Assembly (NCBI GenBank): GCA_036478295.1
Contig: JAZGDW010000009.1
Coordinates: forward strand, 1 to 32,961
DNA from: Candidatus Krumholzibacteriia bacterium
GTDB lineage: Bacteria > Krumholzibacteriota > Krumholzibacteriia > WVZY01
Reading direction: 5' to 3'
DNA length: 32,961 nucleotides
The notes under the pieces are model-generated. The model made no database searches. It had not been told where the DNA came from and saw only the letters and a list, made by a program, of their open reading frames with translations. Position 1 is the stretch's first letter. Every line of letters starts with the position of its first letter. The position numbers were made by a program, and so were the translations under genes. Below are positions 28,367-32,961 of this stretch, piece by piece.

Positions 28367-29197
28367 ATGCTGAGACACACGTTTTGCCACATTCCGGGAG
28401 TCGGGCGCACGACGGAGTCGCGTCTCTGGACGCACGGCTTTACAACGTGGGATTCCGTTGTCGCACACGCCCATCTGCCCCTCTCGCCCTCCGCCTCCCT
28501 CAGGGTACGCCGGCACGTGAAGCGGTCCCTCGCCGAGCTGGATGGTGGCAACTCCCGGTTTTTTTACGACAGCCTGCCCCCTGAAGAGCAGTGGCGTTTG
28601 TTTGCGGAGTTTCGCCACTCCGCCGCGTACCTAGATATCGAAACGACAGGCGTGTCGGGGATGGACCGGATTACGACCATCGCGCTGTACGACGGGCGGG
28701 ACATCCGATGCTACGTCCGCGGCCGGAACCTGGACGAGTTCAAGAGCGACATCCGGAGCTACGGTCTGCTGGTCACCTACAACGGCAAATGTTTTGACGT
28801 GCCGTTCATCCAGCGGGCGCTTGGCATTCGAATTGACGTGGCGCACATCGACCTGCGTTACGTCCTGCGCAGCCTGGGTTACAGTGGGGGGCTCAAAGGC
28901 TGTGAGAAACAGATCGGGATCGACCGGGGCGACCTCGAGGGGCTCGACGGATATTTCGCCGTCATACTGTGGAACGATTTTATCCGCAACCGCAACGAGC
29001 GGGCTCTTGAAACCCTGCTGGCCTACAACGTCGAAGATGTCGTCAACCTCGAGGCTCTGATGATCCACGCGTACAACCGCAAACTCGGTGCGACCCCGTT
29101 CGGGCTGAGTGGTCGGTATCCCCTCCCCACCTCGCCGCAGATTCCTTTCAAGCCGGACGCTGCAACCATCAACCGTCTCCGTCGAGCATTTTGGTGA
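28367..29197 (+). CDS. YprB-like RNase H-fold exonuclease domain protein
   Basis: TFCHIPGVG..TE..LW N-terminus, LDIETTG, TYNGKCFDVPF, HIDL, GGLKGCEK, YNVEDV. ATG 28367 preferred; TTG 28346 is the alternative. Confidence 0.88.
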   Translation: MLRHTFCHIPGVGRTTESRLWTHGFTTWDSVVAHAHLPLSPSASLRVRRHVKRSLAELDGGNSRFFYDSLPPEEQWRLFAEFRHSAAYLDIETTGVSGMDRITTIALYDGRDIRCYVRGRNLDEFKSDIRSYGLLVTYNGKCFDVPFIQRALGIRIDVAHIDLRYVLRSLGYSGGLKGCEKQIGIDRGDLEGLDGYFAVILWNDFIRNRNERALETLLAYNVEDVVNLEALMIHAYNRKLGATPFGLSGRYPLPTSPQIPFKPDAATINRLRRAFW

Positions 29198-29279
29198 GGC
29201 GACGGGTCCGGACTCCCCGGCGCCGGGCCAGTGAGACTCCAAGATTAGCCTTTCGGTACAACGTGAAGTAACACCCATA

Positions 29280-29295
29280 ATGTATTGTAATACAT
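29280..29295. promoter_or_regulatory. Palindromic operator or enhancer candidate
   Basis: ATGTATT-GT-AATACAT within an AT-rich intergenic stretch. Confidence 0.55.
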
Positions 29296-29371
29296 CCATA
29301 TAAAGACATGTTACCCAGGCCGTCCTGGTATCGTTTTTGATGCGCGCTTCGCGGCGAGATAATCAATCTCG

Positions 29372-29388
29372 CTGGCAGGGGACTTGCT
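29372..29388 (+). promoter_or_regulatory. Sigma-54 (-24/-12) promoter of the aminotransferase
   Basis: CTGGCAGGGGACTTGCT = TGGCA-N6-TTGCT with exact GG-N10-GC spacing, 72 bp before the ATG. Confidence 0.7.
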
Positions 29389-29460
29389 AGGCTTTCGAGA
29401 CACGAGAGCGACGCGGGTCGCACGGGTCGTGGACACGCGCGCCCTTGGCGAGAGAATGCG

Positions 29461-30777
29461 ATGACCCTGCTAGAAAAAGTCCGTTTGGACAAACACGTCA
29501 GCCTCAACCTCAATGTGCGGGGGCTGCGTCAATCTGCAACGCTCGCCATCAACGAATATTGCAAGGAGCTGCAACGGGAGGGCCGCAAGGTCTACAACCT
29601 CGGCCTGGGTCAATCTCCGTTTCCCGTGCCCCTGCCCGTGGTCAATGCGCTCAAACTCTACGCGCGCGAGAAAGACTATCTGCCCGTCAGGGGACTGCGT
29701 GAATTGCGAGGCGCCGTCGCCGAGTTCCACCGTGACCGAGACCATGTGGACGCCAAGCCCGAACACGTCCTCGTCGGGCCGGGCTCCAAGGAGCTGATGT
29801 TTCTCCTGCAGCTGGTCTTCTACGGCGATATCATGCTGCCCTCGCCGTGTTGGGTTTCCTACGTGCCGCAGGCCAGGATTCTGGGACGCAAGGTCCACAT
29901 TATCCACACGCAATTCGAGGAAAAATGGCGGATTACCCCCGCCTCTCTGGCCGAGCATTGCGAGCGGGAAAGAGATGACTACCGGCCGCGCATTCTACTG
30001 CTGAACTACCCCGGCAACCCCGAGGGCGGTAGCTACTCGTCCGATGAACTGAGAGACCTCGCCGACGTTGCGCGGCGCTTTGAGCTGATCGTGCTCTCTG
30101 ACGAAATTTACGGGCAGTTGAACTTCGACGGGACGCATGTGTCCATATCCCGCTATTACCCCGAGCGCACCATCATCAGCTCAGGCCTGTCAAAATGGTG
30201 TGGGGCGGGCGGCTGGCGGTTGGGCACGTTCACCTTTCCCCCCGAACTCGACTGGATCATGGACGCGATGGCCGCGGTGGCCAGCGAGACGTACACGTCG
30301 GTGAGCGCGCCCATCCAGTACGCGGCGGTGCGTGCGTTCCGCGGCGGACTGGCGATCGAGCGCTACCTGTGCCACGCGCGCCGCATTCTCGCGACCCTGG
30401 GACGATCGTGCTGCAATCGCCTCTTCGAAGCCGGTGTCAGGGTCCACCCACCGCAGGGGGCGTTCTACCTTTTCCTCGACTTCTCGCCGTTCGCCGACCG
30501 GCTGGCCGCGCGCGGCATCCACGACGGCGAAACGCTCACTTACCGCCTGCTGGAGGAGACCGGTGTGGCCATCCTGCCGGGAAGCGCGTTCGAACGACCG
30601 GCCGCCGAGCTCACCGCCCGCTTGGCCTATGTCGACTTCGACGGCGCCAAAGCCCTCACCGCCAGCGAGACCACGCCGCTGGATGAGCGGCTCCCCTCGG
30701 GCTTCATTGATGAGCACTGCCCGGAGGTCATCGCAGCCACACAGAAAATCGTGGATTGGCTTGGCGAGGACGCCTAG
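29461..30777 (+). CDS. PLP-dependent aminotransferase class I/II
   Basis: GQSPFP, GPGSKE, WVSY, NYPGNPEG, SDEIY, SGLSKW.GAGGWRLG, PQGAFY. Confidence 0.93.
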   Translation: MTLLEKVRLDKHVSLNLNVRGLRQSATLAINEYCKELQREGRKVYNLGLGQSPFPVPLPVVNALKLYAREKDYLPVRGLRELRGAVAEFHRDRDHVDAKPEHVLVGPGSKELMFLLQLVFYGDIMLPSPCWVSYVPQARILGRKVHIIHTQFEEKWRITPASLAEHCERERDDYRPRILLLNYPGNPEGGSYSSDELRDLADVARRFELIVLSDEIYGQLNFDGTHVSISRYYPERTIISSGLSKWCGAGGWRLGTFTFPPELDWIMDAMAAVASETYTSVSAPIQYAAVRAFRGGLAIERYLCHARRILATLGRSCCNRLFEAGVRVHPPQGAFYLFLDFSPFADRLAARGIHDGETLTYRLLEETGVAILPGSAFERPAAELTARLAYVDFDGAKALTASETTPLDERLPSGFIDEHCPEVIAATQKIVDWLGEDA

Positions 30778-30796
30778 AATCATCGTCGAGGCGGCG

Positions 30797-31213
30797 ATGA
30801 CCCCCAATGTGAATGGAATCCTGGAAAGCGCCCTGTACGTGGACGATCTGGACCGTGCGGTGGAATTCTACGAGACGGTATTCGGGTTCGAAATCCTGAC
30901 CCGGGGCAGGCGGATCTGTGCCATGGGTGTCGCCGGCCGCGACGTCTTGTTGCTCTTTCACAAGGGTGGCAGCGTTCGCCCGACACGGATACCCGGCGGC
31001 GTCATCCCACCGACGGACGCCGACGGAGAGATTCACCTGGCCTTTTCCGTGTCGGCGACCGAGCTGGATCGCTGGCAGGAGTGGTTGCGGCAAAAGAGCG
31101 TTCCGATCGAAAGCACGGTGAAATGGGGCCGCGGCGGGACGAGCATCTATTTCCGGGATCCCGACCGGCACCTCATCGAACTGGTAACCCCGGGAACCTG
31201 GTCGATCTACTAG
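30797..31213 (+). CDS. VOC / glyoxalase family protein
   Basis: ILESALYVDDLDRA..FY, HLAF, WGRGGTSIYFRDPDRHLIEL. True start is ATG 30797, not 30332. Confidence 0.9.
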   Translation: MTPNVNGILESALYVDDLDRAVEFYETVFGFEILTRGRRICAMGVAGRDVLLLFHKGGSVRPTRIPGGVIPPTDADGEIHLAFSVSATELDRWQEWLRQKSVPIESTVKWGRGGTSIYFRDPDRHLIELVTPGTWSIY

Positions 31214-31377
31214 AAGAGCGGCCCGCCCGTCGACGCGAGCAAGGATGTTGCATCTTGCGCGCGCGGGCGATTTGGGTTTAGAGTTCCATTGGTCTACCCG
31301 GTAGTCTGAACCGGGAGTTTTAGCGTCGTTCGATTGCGGAGTCTCCGAGCCGGACGGCTAGTTAATGGAGGTTCACG

Positions 31378-31986
31378 ATGAAAACTCTCAGGATCATCGC
31401 TTGTCTCATTCTTGTTCTGATGCTTGCGGCGTCCGCCGGTTGCTCGAAGAGGCAGGTGACTCGAATCGCGACCGATTCCACGACAGACCTCTCCGGCCGG
31501 TGGAACGACACCGATTCACGGCTGGTTTCCCAGGAAATGATAGCAACCTGCCTGAGCGCACCGTGGAAGGCACAACACCTCGAACGCTGGAACAAGAGAC
31601 CGACCCTGATAGTGGGTGTGCTGAGGAACAAGACATCCGAGCATATCGCGATGGAAACCTTTATCGGCGACATCGAGCGGTCGTTTATCAACTCGGCGGA
31701 AGTCACCGTTGTTGCCAGTGCTGAGGAGCGCGAACAAATTCGCGAAGAGCGCTCGGATCAGCAGACCTATTCGTCGGAGGAATCGGTGAAGCAATGGGGT
31801 CGTGAAAAAGGCGCGGATTACATGCTCGGCGGCACGATAAGCTCGATTACCGACCAGGAAGGCGGCAAGCGGGTGGTCTTCTACCAGGTGGACCTGACCC
31901 TGATCAATCTGGAGGACAACTCCAAGGTGTGGCTTGGTCAAAAAAAGATCAAGAAATACATCGGCAAGGGGAAGCTTTCCCTGTAG
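31378..31986 (+). CDS. LpoB-like lipoprotein (PBP activator family)
   Basis: Lipobox SAG-C, DLSGRWNDTD, NKTSEHI, GADYML.G.ISSI, W...KKIKK; GGAGG RBS. Confidence 0.82.
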   Translation: MKTLRIIACLILVLMLAASAGCSKRQVTRIATDSTTDLSGRWNDTDSRLVSQEMIATCLSAPWKAQHLERWNKRPTLIVGVLRNKTSEHIAMETFIGDIERSFINSAEVTVVASAEEREQIREERSDQQTYSSEESVKQWGREKGADYMLGGTISSITDQEGGKRVVFYQVDLTLINLEDNSKVWLGQKKIKKYIGKGKLSL

Positions 31987-32004
31987 CGGTCTCCAGGCCT
32001 CGTT

Positions 32005-32961
32005 ATGCCAAAAGGGAAGAACAAAAGGGGAGATTCCCTCACCGGCGGTCTCCTCGCCGTTGTTGCCCTTCTGCTGCTGTCGGGCTGCAGTTCACACATC
32101 GCCCACTCGCCTTTCATCAAGGCCGCGCTGGTCGAGCAGGATTATGACGCGGCGCTCGAGCGGGTGGAAAAAATCAGTAAGGGCTCGTCCCGGTTGCTCT
32201 ACTTGTATGAAAAGGGATTGATCCTGCACTATCAGGATCAAAACGAGGCGAGTAACGAGGCTTTCGAAGAGGCCGAGATCGTTTACGACGAGTTGTACAC
32301 CAAGAGCGTCTCGCGGGAGATCGGCGCGCTCATCACCAGCGACAACATTATTAAATACACCGGTGAGCACTACGAAATCGCCCTGACCCACTACTACAAG
32401 ATACTCAACTACCTGTACCTGCACGATCCACAAGGCGCACTGGTCGAGTGTCGCAAGCTGAACATACTCCTGCAAACATTCGCCGACAGCGAGGGCGCCA
32501 GTAACGCCAACGACCCGTTTCTCCAGTACCTGACCGGCCTGGTCTACCTGGCGTACGGCGAACCCACGGATGCCGACGTTTCCCTGAGGGTGGCACGCGA
32601 CACATACGCGACGCTCGGGACCCGGTTCGGCGTCGAGTTTCCGGAGCATCTCTACTGTGACCTCGCGCGGGGGTCGGCCGCCGTGCACGACTACGCGGCG
32701 GCAGCGAGCTACCGCGACTCGACGACGTGCAGTGAGGGCGATCGGAAATACGGGACGCTGAACCTGTTCCTCGAGTGCGGCTACATACCGTACAGGATCG
32801 AGGAAAATGTCGTCATCCCGCTCTACAAAGACGAGATGGACGATGACCTCAACCAGGGGAAGTACGCGAAGACGCTGTACAACAGATACGGCCAGCCGCG
32901 CCAGCATAAGCGCAAGCTCGAGTACCTGCTCCGGGTCGCCTTGCCCAACATGGTCGTCGAC
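32005..32961 (+). CDS. COG3014-like helical-repeat lipoprotein, truncated by window end
   Basis: Manual translation MPKGKNKRGDSLTGGLLAVVALLLLSG-CSS...LLYLYEKGLILHY...Y.GEHYE...LNYL...ALVECRK; lipobox LSGC. No stop was seen, and the ORF is absent from the track, as expected if it runs off the edge. Confidence 0.75.
   Translation, partial: MPKGKNKRGDSLTGGLLAVVALLLLSGCSSHIAHSPFIKAALVEQDYDAALERVEKISKGSSRLLYLYEKGLILHYQDQNEASNEAFEEAEIVYDELYTKSVSREIGALITSDNIIKYTGEHYEIALTHYYKILNYLYLHDPQGALVECRKLNILLQTFADSEGASNANDPFLQYLTGLVYLAYGEPTDADVSLRVARDTYATLGTRFGVEFPEHLYCDLARGSAAVHDYAAAASYRDSTTCSEGDRKYGTLNLFLECGYIPYRIEENVVIPLYKDEMDDDLNQGKYAKTLYNRYGQPRQHKRKLEYLLRVALPNMVVD

Overview
This is a GC-rich bacterial core-genome segment; every credible gene lies on the + strand. 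Left part: lepB (3' end), hemW, hrcA-grpE-dnaK-dnaJ-rsmE, yqeY, cvpA, mutS2, dnaG-rpoD, tRNA(CAT, probably Ile2), a C4 zinc-ribbon gene, RNase HI, rnpB, recJ, dtd, maf and mtnA. Right part: DUF1272 (missed by the ORF track), an intradiol dioxygenase-like gene, a SAM methyltransferase, a TPP riboswitch with thiC, two alpha/beta hydrolases, a Glu/Leu/Phe/Val dehydrogenase, an SDR, rpiB, a YprB-like exonuclease, a PLP aminotransferase with a likely sigma-54 promoter, a VOC protein, an LpoB-like lipoprotein and a partial COG3014-like lipoprotein. I found no mobile element, CRISPR array or defence system. The best novelty candidates lie in the ~450 bp between the tRNA and the zinc-ribbon gene: a 194-nt rod-like fold-back of 6S-RNA size, and a separate promoter / structured leader / uORF / strong terminator unit abutting the zinc-ribbon start codon. 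The heat-shock locus is also atypical: divergent HrcA, no canonical CIRCE, sigma-54-like motifs before grpE, a GrpE with a ~170-aa N-terminal extension, and a tail-less DnaK. All calls come from reading motifs by eye; no searches or folding programs were run.
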